Shown: positions 9,088 to 22,458 of the stretch, piece by piece
How the letters are laid out: each line of letters begins with the position of its first letter
Numbering within the stretch: the stretch's first letter is position 1
Translations under genes and position numbers: made by a program
The notes under the pieces: model-generated
What the model saw: the letters and a program-made list of their open reading frames with translations, nothing else
Database searches by the model: none
Told to the model about the DNA's origin: nothing
Source: Candidatus Nomurabacteria bacterium
GTDB taxonomy: Bacteria; Patescibacteriota; Minisyncoccia; Phycocordibacterales; UBA9973
Length of the DNA stretch: 64,000 nt
Direction of reading: 5' to 3'
Assembly (NCBI GenBank): GCA_026395965.1
Contig: JAPLXS010000006.1
Coordinates: 118,683 to 182,682 of the forward strand

Positions 9088-10551
9088 ATGAATGATTTCG
9101 CAAAATATAAAAAAAATATTACATCACAATGGGGAGAAGATGGCATTATTACAGAAATTTTTAAACGTATTGGCGTACAAGAAAAATTTTGTATTGAATT
9201 TGGAGCATGGGATGGCAAACATTTAAGTAATGTATGGAATTTATGGCATGAAATGAAATGGTCCGCGCTATTAATAGAAGGAGATAAAAATAAATGTAGA
9301 GACCTAGAGCAGTTTGTATCAGATTTTCCTAAGGTTAAACCATATTGTACATATGTTGAAGCAGAAGGAATAAATTCTCTAGATAAAATATTAGAAAAAA
9401 CATTTCCTAATAAAATAATTGATATTTTATCTATTGATATTGATGGAAATGATTATTATATATTTGAATCACTAAAAGCTAAACCAAGAGTTATAATTAT
9501 TGAATACAACCCTACTATTCCTCTTCATATAGATCTTGTACAAAAAACAGATGAATATTTTGGAGCATCAGCTCTTTCTATGTACAAACTTGCTCATAGT
9601 AAAGGATATAAACTAGTAACAATGACAGAAACAAACTTTTTTTTAATAAATGATAATGAATTTAAAAAATTAGGCATAAATGAACCTGCGCTGGAAGATA
9701 TTTTTTCTACAGACAATTTAACATATATAATGACTGCATATGATGGTACTCCTGCTTTAACTAAAATACCAACATACCACAACATCATTAAAAGAACAGA
9801 GAGAGAACTACATTTTAATGAAAATGAATTTATAACTATCAATTTAAAAAAATACAAACAGGAAAACCTGCTTATAAAACTATTTTTAAAACTACTTAAT
9901 AAAGTTTCTTTAAAGATTGATTTTTATACAAACAAAAACAATATTGATTTGCAATCAAAAAGAGTTATTCCTTGGTTTAAAATAAATGGAGATAAAACAT
10001 TAAGATTGGATTATCCCTTAAATTCTTCTTCTGTCGTAGTAGATGTGGGAGGATACGAAGGTCAATGGGCAAGTGACATATTTGCAAAATATAACTCTGA
10101 TATAATAATATTTGAACCTGTTAAACAATTTGCCCAACAGATAGAAGAAAGATTTTCTAAAAACAATAAAATAACTTGTTATAATGTAGGCCTTTCAAAT
10201 ATAGATAAAACTGAAAAAATATCACTCTTAGATGATAGTTCGTCATTATTTAAAAATAATACACAATTAGAAAATATTACATTAGTAAATACTAATAATT
10301 TTTTTGAGCAAAAAAATATTAATAGTATTGATCTTATAAAAATAAATATCGAAGGAGGTGAATATGATTTATTAGAAAATCTGATAGAAAATAAACTTAT
10401 TTCTAAAATAAAAAATATCCAAGTTCAATTTCACGACTTTGTCCCAAATGCAAAAGAAAGGATGGCAAATATACAAGAAAAACTGAAAGAAACTCATCAT
10501 ACAACATATCAATATGAATTTGTTTGGGAAAACTGGGAAAGAAATAATTAA
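9088..10551 (+). CDS. tandem FkbM-family methyltransferase (two MTase-like domains)
   Basis: Both halves carry the FkbM pattern: a DxGxxxG-like segment (CIEFGAWDG / VVDVGGYEG) and IDIDGNDYYIFESL / INIEGGEYDLLENL. Confidence 0.65.
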   Translation: MNDFAKYKKNITSQWGEDGIITEIFKRIGVQEKFCIEFGAWDGKHLSNVWNLWHEMKWSALLIEGDKNKCRDLEQFVSDFPKVKPYCTYVEAEGINSLDKILEKTFPNKIIDILSIDIDGNDYYIFESLKAKPRVIIIEYNPTIPLHIDLVQKTDEYFGASALSMYKLAHSKGYKLVTMTETNFFLINDNEFKKLGINEPALEDIFSTDNLTYIMTAYDGTPALTKIPTYHNIIKRTERELHFNENEFITINLKKYKQENLLIKLFLKLLNKVSLKIDFYTNKNNIDLQSKRVIPWFKINGDKTLRLDYPLNSSSVVVDVGGYEGQWASDIFAKYNSDIIIFEPVKQFAQQIEERFSKNNKITCYNVGLSNIDKTEKISLLDDSSSLFKNNTQLENITLVNTNNFFEQKNINSIDLIKINIEGGEYDLLENLIENKLISKIKNIQVQFHDFVPNAKERMANIQEKLKETHHTTYQYEFVWENWERNN

Positions 10552-10555
10552 TTTT

Positions 10556-11371
10556 ATGCAAACAAGAATTTCAGTTATAATACCTACATACAATGGAGCC
10601 AAAACACTTGAAGCAGTTATAAAAAGTTGTCTTAAACAAACATTACAACCAATTGAGATACTTGTATGTGACGATGGATCTACAGATGAAAGCAAAATAA
10701 TAGTAGAACGAATAAATGACAATCGTGTTATTTGGGTCCCCTCTCAACATAGTGGAACTCCAGCCGTACCTAGAAATAATGGTATGAAAATAAGCAAAGG
10801 AGAATGGATTGCTTTTTGTGATAGTGACGATGAATGGCTACCCACAAAACTAGAAAAACAAATAAATTTAGCAATAAAATTAAAACTCAAAGCTGCGTGT
10901 ACAAGTGCTCTTATAAAAATAAACGGTAACATTAAAAATGAATTGGTTTCTAATTGGAATAAGGAGAATATTACATTTAGTAATATTCTAAAAAGTAATG
11001 ATATTGTATGTAGTTCAGTTATTATTCATAAATCAATAATCAATAACATTGGTGAATTTTCTACAGAAATTAAAAATAGAAGTTTCGCTGATTATATATA
11101 CTGGCTAAGAGTACTAACAGAAACTAATTTTGCCTTTGTGGTTGAACCACTCGTTATATATGACGACCACCCTGAAACTAGCATACGAAATGATAGGATA
11201 TCAGATAAAGAACTACAAGAGACATCATTTAATGATTTAATATCCTGGATGAAGAAAGATAAAAAAAACAAACTTAAAATTTTATATTTTAAGATACAAA
11301 TCTATCTATACAAAGTAAAACAAAAAAATATTAACATGATTAAAAATCATGTTAAATTAATAATAAAATGA
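10556..11371 (+). CDS. family 2 glycosyltransferase
   Basis: ISVIIPTYNGAKTL ... CDDGSTDES (GT-A DXD region). I chose the start at MQTRISV to avoid overlap with the upstream gene. Confidence 0.75.
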   Translation: MQTRISVIIPTYNGAKTLEAVIKSCLKQTLQPIEILVCDDGSTDESKIIVERINDNRVIWVPSQHSGTPAVPRNNGMKISKGEWIAFCDSDDEWLPTKLEKQINLAIKLKLKAACTSALIKINGNIKNELVSNWNKENITFSNILKSNDIVCSSVIIHKSIINNIGEFSTEIKNRSFADYIYWLRVLTETNFAFVVEPLVIYDDHPETSIRNDRISDKELQETSFNDLISWMKKDKKNKLKILYFKIQIYLYKVKQKNINMIKNHVKLIIK

Positions 11372-12951
11372 AAATAGGAATCTTATACATTTGCACGGGT
11401 AAATATACTATCTTTTGGAAAGATTTCTATTTGAGTATGGAAAAGAATTTTATAGAGGATTCCGAAAAACATTATTTTGTTTTTACTGATAGTAATGATA
11501 TTGATTTTGAAAATGAAAATCCTCGTATTCATAGAATACACCAAAATGATTTAGGCTGGCCATATAATACACTAAAGCGTTTCCATATATTTCTAGAACA
11601 TGAAAAAGAGTTAGTAAATATGGATTATTTATTCTTTTTTAATGCCAATTTATTTGTTTTAGAAAAAATTAATTCTAAAGAATTTTTACCTATAGATAAA
11701 GAAAATTTAGTTGCAACATTACACCCTGGATTTTATGATAAAGAAAAGATTAAATTTACATATGACCGAAATACCAAATCAACCGCATATATACCAAAAG
11801 GTTATGGGGATTCCTATTTTGCTGGTGGTTTGAATGGTGGTAAAACTATCAAATTCATAGAGGCAATGAAAATAATACGTGACAATGTAGATATTGATAA
11901 TAAAAAAAATGTTATTGCCCTATGGCACGATGAATCACATTGGAATAAATATTTAATAGAAAGATCAGATGTCAAAATACTAACACCTTCATACTTATAT
12001 CCTGAAGGTTGGACCCTACCCTTTAAACCTATAATACTTATTCGTGACAAAAATAAATATGGTGGACACAATTTATTGCGAAATAGTAAAAATACTTTTT
12101 ATAATATATTAATAAATGCACTTAGAAATATATTTTCTAAAATTGTAAAAAAAATTCCTAATTTATGGATACTTTTTATATATCACAAAACAAAAAGCAT
12201 AATCGAAACACAAGGAATAAAAATTGAAAAAACTCCTTTGTTAATAATAACTATAGCTTTCAATAATATTGAAATACTAAAAACACAATATATTTATATA
12301 AAAAATAATTTACAAGATGATTTCATATATATGATTGCTGATAATTCATCAGTACAAAATATATCTAATGAAATAAAAAAATATTGTAAAGACAACAAAA
12401 TTCCATATGTTAAACTCCCACCTAATCCATACAATAATCCGAGTAAATCACACGGGATGGCGTTAAATTGGACATATAAAAATATAGTAAAAACATACGA
12501 GCCTGTTTTATTTGGTTTCATAGACCATGATATATTCCCCTATCAAAAAACTTCTATAATATCCAGCATAAATAGTGGAATTTTCGGCCTCATTCAAGTA
12601 CGAAATGAAAAATGGTATTTATGGCCTGGATTTTGTTTTTATAAATATATAGGATTGAAAACAATTAAAATAAACTTTATGCCTAAAAAAGGACTAGATA
12701 CGGGTGGGGCAAATTATTACACACTTTATAAAAATATAAACAAAGATTTATTGATAAAAATACCACAAATATATATAGATATAAATACAAATACAGAAGT
12801 AAAAGGTATCAATGACACAAACACAGCAAATACAGTAGAGTGTATTGGTGACTGGCTTCACCTAATGAGAGTTTCAAACTGGAATAATAAAAATAATAAT
12901 AAAATTCATTCAGTTGAAGAAATTATATCCAAAGTTAAAAAAATACTTTAA
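11368..12951 (+). CDS. two-domain glycosyltransferase (GT6-like N-domain plus GT-A-like C-domain)
   Basis: The N-domain has KIGILYICTGKY...HYFVFTD and ALWHDESHWNKYL, which resemble family-6 glycosyltransferases. The C-domain has FIDHD. Confidence 0.55.
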   Translation: MKIGILYICTGKYTIFWKDFYLSMEKNFIEDSEKHYFVFTDSNDIDFENENPRIHRIHQNDLGWPYNTLKRFHIFLEHEKELVNMDYLFFFNANLFVLEKINSKEFLPIDKENLVATLHPGFYDKEKIKFTYDRNTKSTAYIPKGYGDSYFAGGLNGGKTIKFIEAMKIIRDNVDIDNKKNVIALWHDESHWNKYLIERSDVKILTPSYLYPEGWTLPFKPIILIRDKNKYGGHNLLRNSKNTFYNILINALRNIFSKIVKKIPNLWILFIYHKTKSIIETQGIKIEKTPLLIITIAFNNIEILKTQYIYIKNNLQDDFIYMIADNSSVQNISNEIKKYCKDNKIPYVKLPPNPYNNPSKSHGMALNWTYKNIVKTYEPVLFGFIDHDIFPYQKTSIISSINSGIFGLIQVRNEKWYLWPGFCFYKYIGLKTIKINFMPKKGLDTGGANYYTLYKNINKDLLIKIPQIYIDINTNTEVKGINDTNTANTVECIGDWLHLMRVSNWNNKNNNKIHSVEEIISKVKKIL

Positions 12952-12955
12952 ATTA

Positions 12956-13804
12956 CTACCAATTCTTTTTGTAAAATTTAATTAATTTATTTAGAGAAAA
13001 TTTAATAGGTGATTTCAAAATCAAACCATAGACCACCAGTCTGGCATAAGAACGAATAATTGCTCCAAAATAATTGGGGTATTTATTTTTATAATTTTTA
13101 ATTAATTTTATATCTTTTTTAAATTGATCTATTTTATTGGTTGAGCTAATACTACCCTCTCTTGAGGTAAATTTAACTGCATATATAGGTAAATTGGCAA
13201 ACTTGCCTATTGTTCCTAGCTTAAGCCACAAATCATAATCCTCGACATGTCGTGTATCTTTTGATTCATCATATCCATTAAAACCCAGAACTGCATCTTT
13301 TTTAAACATTACGCTAGAGTGCACAAAACAATTTTTGCCTAGAATTTTATTTCTTATTTCTCTGTCACTTCCTGGTAATAAATATCTAAATAATTCATTA
13401 TTATTGTCATTTACCACAACAACCCCTGTACCTACTAAAACAATATCCAGATTGTTATTTAAAAATTCAACTTGTTTATGAAGCTTATCTTTATCTACCC
13501 ATTCATCGTCATCGTCAATGCGGGCAATATATTCCCCCTTTGCTTCTTTTAAGCCCCTATTTAGAGTTTTTTGAATTCCTAGATTTATTTTATTTTTGAA
13601 ATATTTTATTCTTTTGTCATCTTTTACTAAATTATCAATCACAAACTCTGTATTATCAATAGAACCATCATCTACCACTAAAAGCTCCCAGTTATCATAT
13701 GACTGGCTAATAATACTCTTTACCGCATCTACTATGCGACCTGAGCCATTATATGTAGGTAATATGATTGATACTAATTTATCCATAATTATATCCTTAT
13801 CCAT
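12956..13804 (-). CDS. family 2 glycosyltransferase
   Basis: VSIILPTYNGS ... LVVDDGSIDNT ... RIDDDDEW. Confidence 0.8.
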   Translation of the reverse strand: MDKDIIMDKLVSIILPTYNGSGRIVDAVKSIISQSYDNWELLVVDDGSIDNTEFVIDNLVKDDKRIKYFKNKINLGIQKTLNRGLKEAKGEYIARIDDDDEWVDKDKLHKQVEFLNNNLDIVLVGTGVVVVNDNNNELFRYLLPGSDREIRNKILGKNCFVHSSVMFKKDAVLGFNGYDESKDTRHVEDYDLWLKLGTIGKFANLPIYAVKFTSREGSISSTNKIDQFKKDIKLIKNYKNKYPNYFGAIIRSYARLVVYGLILKSPIKFSLNKLIKFYKKNW

Positions 13805-14667
13805 TCTTTTGGTATTAAATCATCACTGTTAATACTTGCATCTCCAAACCATTTTTTGGGAACAATAACTATTTTGTCTTTATGTACAGAAAGCCATGCA
13901 GCCCACCATGAAAACGAGCTATTGGGTATTATAAAACTATGACACGCAGACATCAAAGAAAAATGCCCTTCTGCTTTTATACCTGAATATTCTTCTCCTA
14001 CAAACATAACAGGAAAATCAAATTTCATATTATCTTCACACCATTTTACATCGTCAGAAAAAACATATATTTTGTCTATTTTTGTTTTTTCACTTAATAT
14101 TTTAATACCTTTATCATAATATTCTTTTCCTACTATTTCGTGATTTGAATTTCCTACATAGTCTCCTCTTCTCACATGAATACATAGTGAATTTTCTTTT
14201 TTTATTACTTCCATTAAATTTTTAATATTTAATGATAATTCATCTTTTAAAGTAAAATCTTTACGTATAATATCTTCTATATCAGCAAAATATTTATAGC
14301 TTTGCCAGTATCCATCTAGATAAGCATTTGAACCAATATTTAAAATAGTTAGGTCAAAGTTAAAACTTTTTTCTATACCTCTTAATCTAAAAAATTTCCT
14401 TCTAAAATAATCAAAATATAAACCAAATTTACCATTGAAATTTCTATACAAAAAAGGAATTTTTGATTGTGATACACGATCAACATTTATTATATTAAAA
14501 ATATCTAGATCATACTCTCTAAATGTAAAATTTGGACGTGGAGTTCTGTCCAACAAAAAACTTAAATCTAGTCCTAAGGAAGTGCCATATTTAACAGAAA
14601 GAGCCCTACCTAGAGCATATTGAAACATTTGATTCCCCATTCCACCTTTTAGTTTTGTAATAATCAT
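13789..14667 (-). CDS. alpha-1,2-fucosyltransferase (GT11)
   Basis: [19 protein letters not shown]-terminus and the HVRRGDY motif typical of GT11. Confidence 0.75.
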   Translation of the reverse strand: MIITKLKGGMGNQMFQYALGRALSVKYGTSLGLDLSFLLDRTPRPNFTFREYDLDIFNIINVDRVSQSKIPFLYRNFNGKFGLYFDYFRRKFFRLRGIEKSFNFDLTILNIGSNAYLDGYWQSYKYFADIEDIIRKDFTLKDELSLNIKNLMEVIKKENSLCIHVRRGDYVGNSNHEIVGKEYYDKGIKILSEKTKIDKIYVFSDDVKWCEDNMKFDFPVMFVGEEYSGIKAEGHFSLMSACHSFIIPNSSFSWWAAWLSVHKDKIVIVPKKWFGDASINSDDLIPKEWIRI

Positions 14668-15599
14668 TTATTTATATTTTCTTTATACCATTCATAAGTT
14701 CTCTTTATACCATCATTCAAATTTATTTTAGGACTCCATCCGAGTGCTTTTAATTTGGAAATATCGAGCAATTTTCTAGGTGTTCCATCTGGTTTCGATG
14801 AATCCCATACAATACTACCTTTGTATCCAACAATATCTTTTATAGTATTTGCCAGTTCTAAAATAGACAAATCCTCTCCTGTACCAATATTTATAATCTC
14901 TGGACTCGAATAATTATTCATCAAAAAAATACAAGCAGAAGCTAAGTCGTCTACATGTAAAAATTCTCGCTTTGGACTACCGCTACCCCAAAGATTCACC
15001 TCATTTATATTATTCTTCACAGCATCGTCAAATTTCCTTATCATTGCTGGAAGTACATGAGAACTCTCTAAATCAAAATTGTCGTTTTCCCCGTACAGAT
15101 TTGTAGGCATAACGCTTATCGCATTCATACCGTATTCCTTTGCATATGACTGACACATAACTATACCTGCTATCTTTGCTATAGCATACGCCTTGTTTGT
15201 AGGTTCCAGTTCTCCTGTTAATAAATACTCCTCTTTTATGGGCTGTAGAGCTATCCTAGGGTATATACACGAGCTGCCTAGAAATAGTAGCTTCTTTGTA
15301 TTGTTCTTATAAGCAGAGTCTATTATATTGGTCTCCATCATTAGATTCTCAGCTATAAATGATGCTGGGTAACTATTATTGGCAACTATGCCACCAACTT
15401 TTGCAGCGGCAAGAAATACGTATTCTGGCTTCTCTTCTTGAAAGAATTTAGCCACACTTAGTTGCGAGGTTAAATCTAGTTCTGTATGAGTTTTGGATAT
15501 TATATTTGTATATCCATCTTTTTTTAGTTCACGAATAAGAGCAGATCCTACGAGCCCACTGTGTCCTGCTATATATATCTTTGAATTCTTTTCCATCAC
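14664..15599 (-). CDS. fcl: GDP-L-fucose synthase (GDP-4-keto-6-deoxymannose 3,5-epimerase/4-reductase)
   Basis: [14 protein letters not shown] Rossmann motif and the Fcl/WcaG family pattern. Adjacent to gmd. Confidence 0.85.
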   Translation of the reverse strand: MMEKNSKIYIAGHSGLVGSALIRELKKDGYTNIISKTHTELDLTSQLSVAKFFQEEKPEYVFLAAAKVGGIVANNSYPASFIAENLMMETNIIDSAYKNNTKKLLFLGSSCIYPRIALQPIKEEYLLTGELEPTNKAYAIAKIAGIVMCQSYAKEYGMNAISVMPTNLYGENDNFDLESSHVLPAMIRKFDDAVKNNINEVNLWGSGSPKREFLHVDDLASACIFLMNNYSSPEIINIGTGEDLSILELANTIKDIVGYKGSIVWDSSKPDGTPRKLLDISKLKALGWSPKINLNDGIKRTYEWYKENINK

Positions 15600-15853
15600 G
15601 TATGAAATAGGAATCGTTTTAAACGTGAATTTAAATATCTTCTTCCCATTCCTGTTTTTAAGTATAATTCTCTCGACAGTGCGTCTTCTTTATTTAAGCA
15701 TGCTTCGTAATATATTATATCATATGGTCCTCGTCCTTTTGTATAAGTTGATTTACCTTTGTTATGTTGTTTAAAACGTTTCCGTAAGTCACTCGTATAT
15801 CCAATATACCATTTACCATCTTTTTTACTTTTTAGTACGTAAGTATAGAACAT
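15596..15853 (-). CDS. GIY-YIG nuclease domain protein (free-standing, 85 aa)
   Basis: [30 protein letters not shown] ... is a classical GIY-YIG motif. Confidence 0.8.
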   Translation of the reverse strand: MFYTYVLKSKKDGKWYIGYTSDLRKRFKQHNKGKSTYTKGRGPYDIIYYEACLNKEDALSRELYLKTGMGRRYLNSRLKRFLFHT

Positions 15854-15895
15854 ATTTTATTTCATACGTGATAAATCATAAATAGAAATATATTT

Positions 15896-16957
15896 TTATA
15901 CTAAATAATCCTTACTTGAAATACCTCTATCTTCAAACTCTTCTTTCATCATTAAAACAACTAAATCTTTAAATTTAATATTTGTATCCCAGTTTAGTTT
16001 CTCTTTTGCTTTTGTGCTATCACCCAAAAGTATATCTACTTCAGATGGTCTGTAATATGTGGGGTCGATACTCACCAACACTTTTCCAGATTTTTCGTCT
16101 ATACCCTCTTCATTTAAACCTTCGCCTCTCCATACTATTTTATAGCCCACAAGCGAAGCAGCCTCTTCTACAAACTCTCTCACTGTATGAGTCTCTCCTG
16201 TCGATATAACATAATCATCTGGGGTGTCTTGCTGCAACATGAGCCACATAGCCTCTACGTAGTCTTTTGCATAACCCCAGTCTCTCTTTGCTTCTAGATT
16301 TCCTAGAAATATCTTTTCTTTTTTACCAAGTTTTATATCGGCCAGACCTTCTACTATTTTTTTGGTTACAAAGGTTCTACCTCGTCTTGGGGACTCATGA
16401 TTAAAAAGTATTCCATTACAAATAAACATACCATATGAATCACGATAATTATTACATATCATATGTGAAAAAACTTTGGCACAACCATATGGACTTTGTG
16501 GATTAAATGGAGTTTTTTCACTCTGAGGAACTTCTGATACTTTTCCAAACATTTCACTAGAACCTGCTTGATAGAATTTTATTTTAGGATTGGCTTCTTT
16601 TATTACATCAAGCATGCGAAGAGTTCCAAGTGCGTCCACATTTGCAGTATATTCTGGAATATCAAAACTTACTCTCACATGACTCTGTGCTCCAAGATTG
16701 TATACCTCCTCTGGATTACTTAGTTTTATTACTCTTAAAATACTATTTGAGTCAGAAAGATCACCATAATGAAGTATTAGATTTTTATTGTCGGTATGGG
16801 GGTCTTGATATATTTTTTCCAATCTTTCGGTATTAAAACTTGATGACCGTCTTATCATTCCGTGAACTTCATACCCTTTTTCTAAAAGTAATTCTGCTAG
16901 ATATGAACCATCCTGACCTGTGATACCTATTATTAGTGCTCGTTTTTTTGTTTTCAT
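15896..16957 (-). CDS. gmd: GDP-mannose 4,6-dehydratase
   Basis: [27 protein letters not shown] and full-length Gmd family conservation. Confidence 0.9.
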   Translation of the reverse strand: MKTKKRALIIGITGQDGSYLAELLLEKGYEVHGMIRRSSSFNTERLEKIYQDPHTDNKNLILHYGDLSDSNSILRVIKLSNPEEVYNLGAQSHVRVSFDIPEYTANVDALGTLRMLDVIKEANPKIKFYQAGSSEMFGKVSEVPQSEKTPFNPQSPYGCAKVFSHMICNNYRDSYGMFICNGILFNHESPRRGRTFVTKKIVEGLADIKLGKKEKIFLGNLEAKRDWGYAKDYVEAMWLMLQQDTPDDYVISTGETHTVREFVEEAASLVGYKIVWRGEGLNEEGIDEKSGKVLVSIDPTYYRPSEVDILLGDSTKAKEKLNWDTNIKFKDLVVLMMKEEFEDRGISSKDYLV

Positions 16958-17001
16958 AATTTATTATGGTTTATTTATTAATTACTATTATCGAAAAATA
17001 T

Positions 17002-17622
17002 TTATCGCCAGCTTTCTGGCAATACTATATCTCCAACAGAATCAGAAATAATACCAGCGAACTGACTTTCTTTCAAAACTCCTTCGCGAATCTTTTTAAC
17101 AAAAGAAGCGATCTTTTTTAATTCTATTGTGTTTTTTTCATATGGACTAATAACAACTACAGGTAAATTTAATTCTTCTATTACTATTTTTATTGGTTCT
17201 ACTAAATCAGAGTCATTGGAAATAACAATAGCCATATCATAAAGACCTTTATATCCATCATTTATTAAATGGGATGCTATATTAACATCTGTTCCTTTCT
17301 CTTCTGTTTTTATAACCTTTGTATATCCTTTTTCTTCAGCATTCTTCATCAAAATAGAATGAGTTAAAAAAGTCCCTTTTATAATTTCAACATTGGGTAA
17401 AGTTTTTAAAGCACGAAGATACACTTGTTGTCTATTTGGCTTGTCATAATCAGAATCATTTTCTCTTATTTTTACCAGAGCTGTAAAATATTTTATTTTT
17501 GAAATTTCATGATTTGGGAAAAGTAAACAAGATAATTTATTGATATTAAGCCATTTATATTTACTATTTTTAAAACAACCATAATATAGATTAAATCCGT
17601 CTATGTATACGTGGAGTCTCAT
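17002..17622 (-). CDS. NYN/PIN-like domain protein
   Basis: MRLHVYIDGFNLYYG is an NYN-type N-terminal motif. The acidic residues are conserved. Confidence 0.5.
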   Translation of the reverse strand: MRLHVYIDGFNLYYGCFKNSKYKWLNINKLSCLLFPNHEISKIKYFTALVKIRENDSDYDKPNRQQVYLRALKTLPNVEIIKGTFLTHSILMKNAEEKGYTKVIKTEEKGTDVNIASHLINDGYKGLYDMAIVISNDSDLVEPIKIVIEELNLPVVVISPYEKNTIELKKIASFVKKIREGVLKESQFAGIISDSVGDIVLPESWR

Positions 17623-17855
17623 TTCAATATAATACTAGTAAAATGCAGAAACCGCAACTTACGTTGCGGTTTCGCGTCCTGCCACCGAAGCAACAAGAGA
17701 TGTACTTATATATTACCATTATACTTTTACTAAAGTCAAGTAATTACTCTAATTTATATATGATAATATTCTCCAGTGATAAATGGACCTTTCCTTAGCA
17801 TTGTTTAATTATATTAAACCTATTACCCTTACGTAAGGACTGTCCTTGCAAGTTC

Positions 17856-20070
<2,215 letters not shown>

Positions 20071-20158
20071 CCATAAAGGATGGTTTTTTGTATAAATTTA
20101 AGGTTATATATCCTGGTTTAAACTTTTAGATTAAACCAATCCAACCAACATCTACAGA

Positions 20159-21922
20159 CTAGAAACTAGCTGTAAGTGTAAGTGCTGTAAGACCATTAGT
20201 TATAGATGCGCCAGTTGGAGTTCCTGAAGCTGTTCCATAATTGATTGCAGTAGCAGCAATTGTTGTTGTTGAATTTGATGCACCACGTAGAGCAGCTGCA
20301 AATGTAAATGTGCGAGCTGAACTTGCTGGTATTACATATGAAACGCCTGCTGTATCACCTACCATTGTTGATGGTGCTGATGCAGTTACGTTTGATAATG
20401 CTGTAGCATAACCTGTACCAGAAACTGTCATAAATGTAAGTGGTGTAGCACTTACATACAAGTCGTTGTTACTGTTGTTTGTTAGAGTAAATACATATGT
20501 TGCATTGTATCCAACTGTACTATTACCTTGTACAATTGCTGCACCTAGGGTTGCTGAAGAAGCACTTAGGGCAACTGCGTTTGTAGTTAGAGTAAGAGTA
20601 CTTGCTGTACGAGTACCAGCTGTTAATGTTGCTGTACCATAGTTAGCATCTGTTACAGTAATATTAGCTGCATCAAATGATGTAGCAACTGAAGCAGATC
20701 CTGGAAGTGCCTTTATATCAGCTTTGATAGTAAAGTCTGTCCAAACATCTAATGCTAAAGGAACAGTTAAGTTACTAAATGTAACAACACCTGTACTTGT
20801 ATTTAATGATCCACCTGCAACATCTGTTCCATTTACTATTAATCTAAAATTACTGAAGTCTGTTTTAGTTCCAGCAATTAAAGTAACTGGTAATGTGTTT
20901 AGTGTTGCTGTGTTGTTTGATGCCTTAATACTGAACACACCTAGAGTAGCACCAGCTGTTGTTTGTGTAAGAGAAACAATTTGCTGGCCTGCTAATGGTG
21001 ATGAAGGACTAAGTCTTGAGTATATAACTGCTACAGAACCTGTTGCAGTTAATGTTACTGTATTTTCTCCTGCTGGTGATACTGGATTAATAGTATCAAA
21101 GTAACCAACTTCACTTGTTGTTCTTATTCCATTCAAAGTAGTAGTAACATTTTGAGTTGTTATAATCTTGTCTGTTGCAGAAAGAACTGATGCACTAACA
21201 GCTAAGTCAGGATTTGTTCCTGGAGTAACTGTGTAGTTAAGACCATCAAATCTTACTAGATAGTCAGAACCAACTGTTATTTCTGTTGAATCAGCTGAAC
21301 TTGAAAGAGTCTTTGTTGCAAGAACTTTTCCACTGTTGTCATGAAGTGTAACTGTACTGAAGAACAACCATGGTCTTACAGAGAAGTGTGCATCAACACG
21401 AGAAACCTTAACTGGACCTGCTGTTGCTTGTAATCTTACTGCTGCTACATCTTTAGTTTCACCTTTCTTAATTGAAATAAGAGAAGCAACATATGATGAA
21501 GTTGAAGCTGTAAGTGATCCATCTGTATTACCTGTAGCTACTGTTGTAGCTGTAGTTCCACATGATGCACCTGTTGTTGAACTAAACAAAGCACCTGCTG
21601 TACATCCTGCTACTGTTGTAGTAGTTGTTGTAGTTGTAGTTGTAGTTGTAGTTGAACCTGCGTTTGCTTTAGCCATTGAAGCTTTACCAAACATTCCATC
21701 AGCTGTTAAACCGTTTGCTGCTTGCCAAACTTTAACTTTAGCTGCTGTCATTTTACCGAAAGAACCGTCTGCTGGTGAACCTACAAGAGTCTGAAGAGTC
21801 TTTACGTATTCACCTTTACTACCAACCTTTAGGGTCATAGTACCGAAATCATAAGAAGCGAATGCTGTTGTTGTAACAAGAGCAAATGCAACCAATGTTC
21901 CTACTAAATATTTTTTGAACAT
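20159..21922 (-). CDS. secreted Thr/Ser-rich surface protein with two N-terminal peptidoglycan-binding (PG_binding_1) domains
   Basis: Signal peptide. Two LKVGSKGEYVKTLQ...DGxFG modules, a poly-Thr linker (T13), then ~450 aa rich in T/S/A/G/V. Confidence 0.6.
   Translation of the reverse strand: MFKKYLVGTLVAFALVTTTAFASYDFGTMTLKVGSKGEYVKTLQTLVGSPADGSFGKMTAAKVKVWQAANGLTADGMFGKASMAKANAGSTTTTTTTTTTTTTVAGCTAGALFSSTTGASCGTTATTVATGNTDGSLTASTSSYVASLISIKKGETKDVAAVRLQATAGPVKVSRVDAHFSVRPWLFFSTVTLHDNSGKVLATKTLSSSADSTEITVGSDYLVRFDGLNYTVTPGTNPDLAVSASVLSATDKIITTQNVTTTLNGIRTTSEVGYFDTINPVSPAGENTVTLTATGSVAVIYSRLSPSSPLAGQQIVSLTQTTAGATLGVFSIKASNNTATLNTLPVTLIAGTKTDFSNFRLIVNGTDVAGGSLNTSTGVVTFSNLTVPLALDVWTDFTIKADIKALPGSASVATSFDAANITVTDANYGTATLTAGTRTASTLTLTTNAVALSASSATLGAAIVQGNSTVGYNATYVFTLTNNSNNDLYVSATPLTFMTVSGTGYATALSNVTASAPSTMVGDTAGVSYVIPASSARTFTFAAALRGASNSTTTIAATAINYGTASGTPTGASITNGLTALTLTASF
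21612..21656. repeat. (GTTGTA)n hexanucleotide microsatellite encoding the poly-Thr linker
   Basis: gttgtagtagttgttgtagttgtagttgtagttgtagttg inside 20159..21922. Confidence 0.7.
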
Positions 21923-22026
21923 AATGTTTTTATAATTGTATACACGTTTAAATTAATTTCGACTAATCTCTGGGTACGACTAATAATAATGTACTCAAAG
22001 AAAAAAATTAATGTGTGTGTATTTAA

Positions 22027-22106
22027 TAAGAATTAAGAATTAGGAATTAATAATTAGGAATTGATAAACAACTCAGAATTAATAATTAATAAAAATTAAT
22101 AATTAT
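22027..22106. repeat. (GAATTAR)n heptanucleotide tandem array
   Basis: taagaattaagaattaggaattaataattaggaattga...aattaataattaataaaaattaataatta. Confidence 0.7.
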
Positions 22107-22432
22107 CTTTTACTAATCTCTAAATAACAGAACTCTAGACCATGACCTCTTTCTCTATCAAAAAAAGTTGCAATGGTTTTAAAGAAATAATATTTAGAAT
22201 TGTAAACTAAACTAAATAACTCTGCCTGTCCTTACCCTTCTAAAGAATTTCTTACGAAAGTAAAGAAAAGACGAGACAAGCATATCTGCCTTGTCGACAG
22301 GGCCGATACCACATCTTGAATCGAGTATCGATATAGATTATTCTTTTGCGCTCCTCTATCAAAGCAGCACGAGAATAAAAAATAAAAACAAAAGAAACAA
22401 AACGGATCTGACCAGAGAGAACTCAATTGAGA

Positions 22433-22458
22433 AATTAAGAATTAGGAATTAGGAATCC
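22433..22458. repeat. (GAATTAR)n heptanucleotide array
   Basis: aattaagaattaggaattaggaatcc. Confidence 0.7.

Noticed and set aside
10372-10722. 116-aa minus-strand ORF spanning the FkbM/GT2 junction
   Set aside because: Antisense to two supported genes.
22232-22426. 64-aa ORF in the non-coding island
   Set aside because: Low-complexity Cys/Phe-rich translation. No RBS, start context or terminator. Most likely non-coding.
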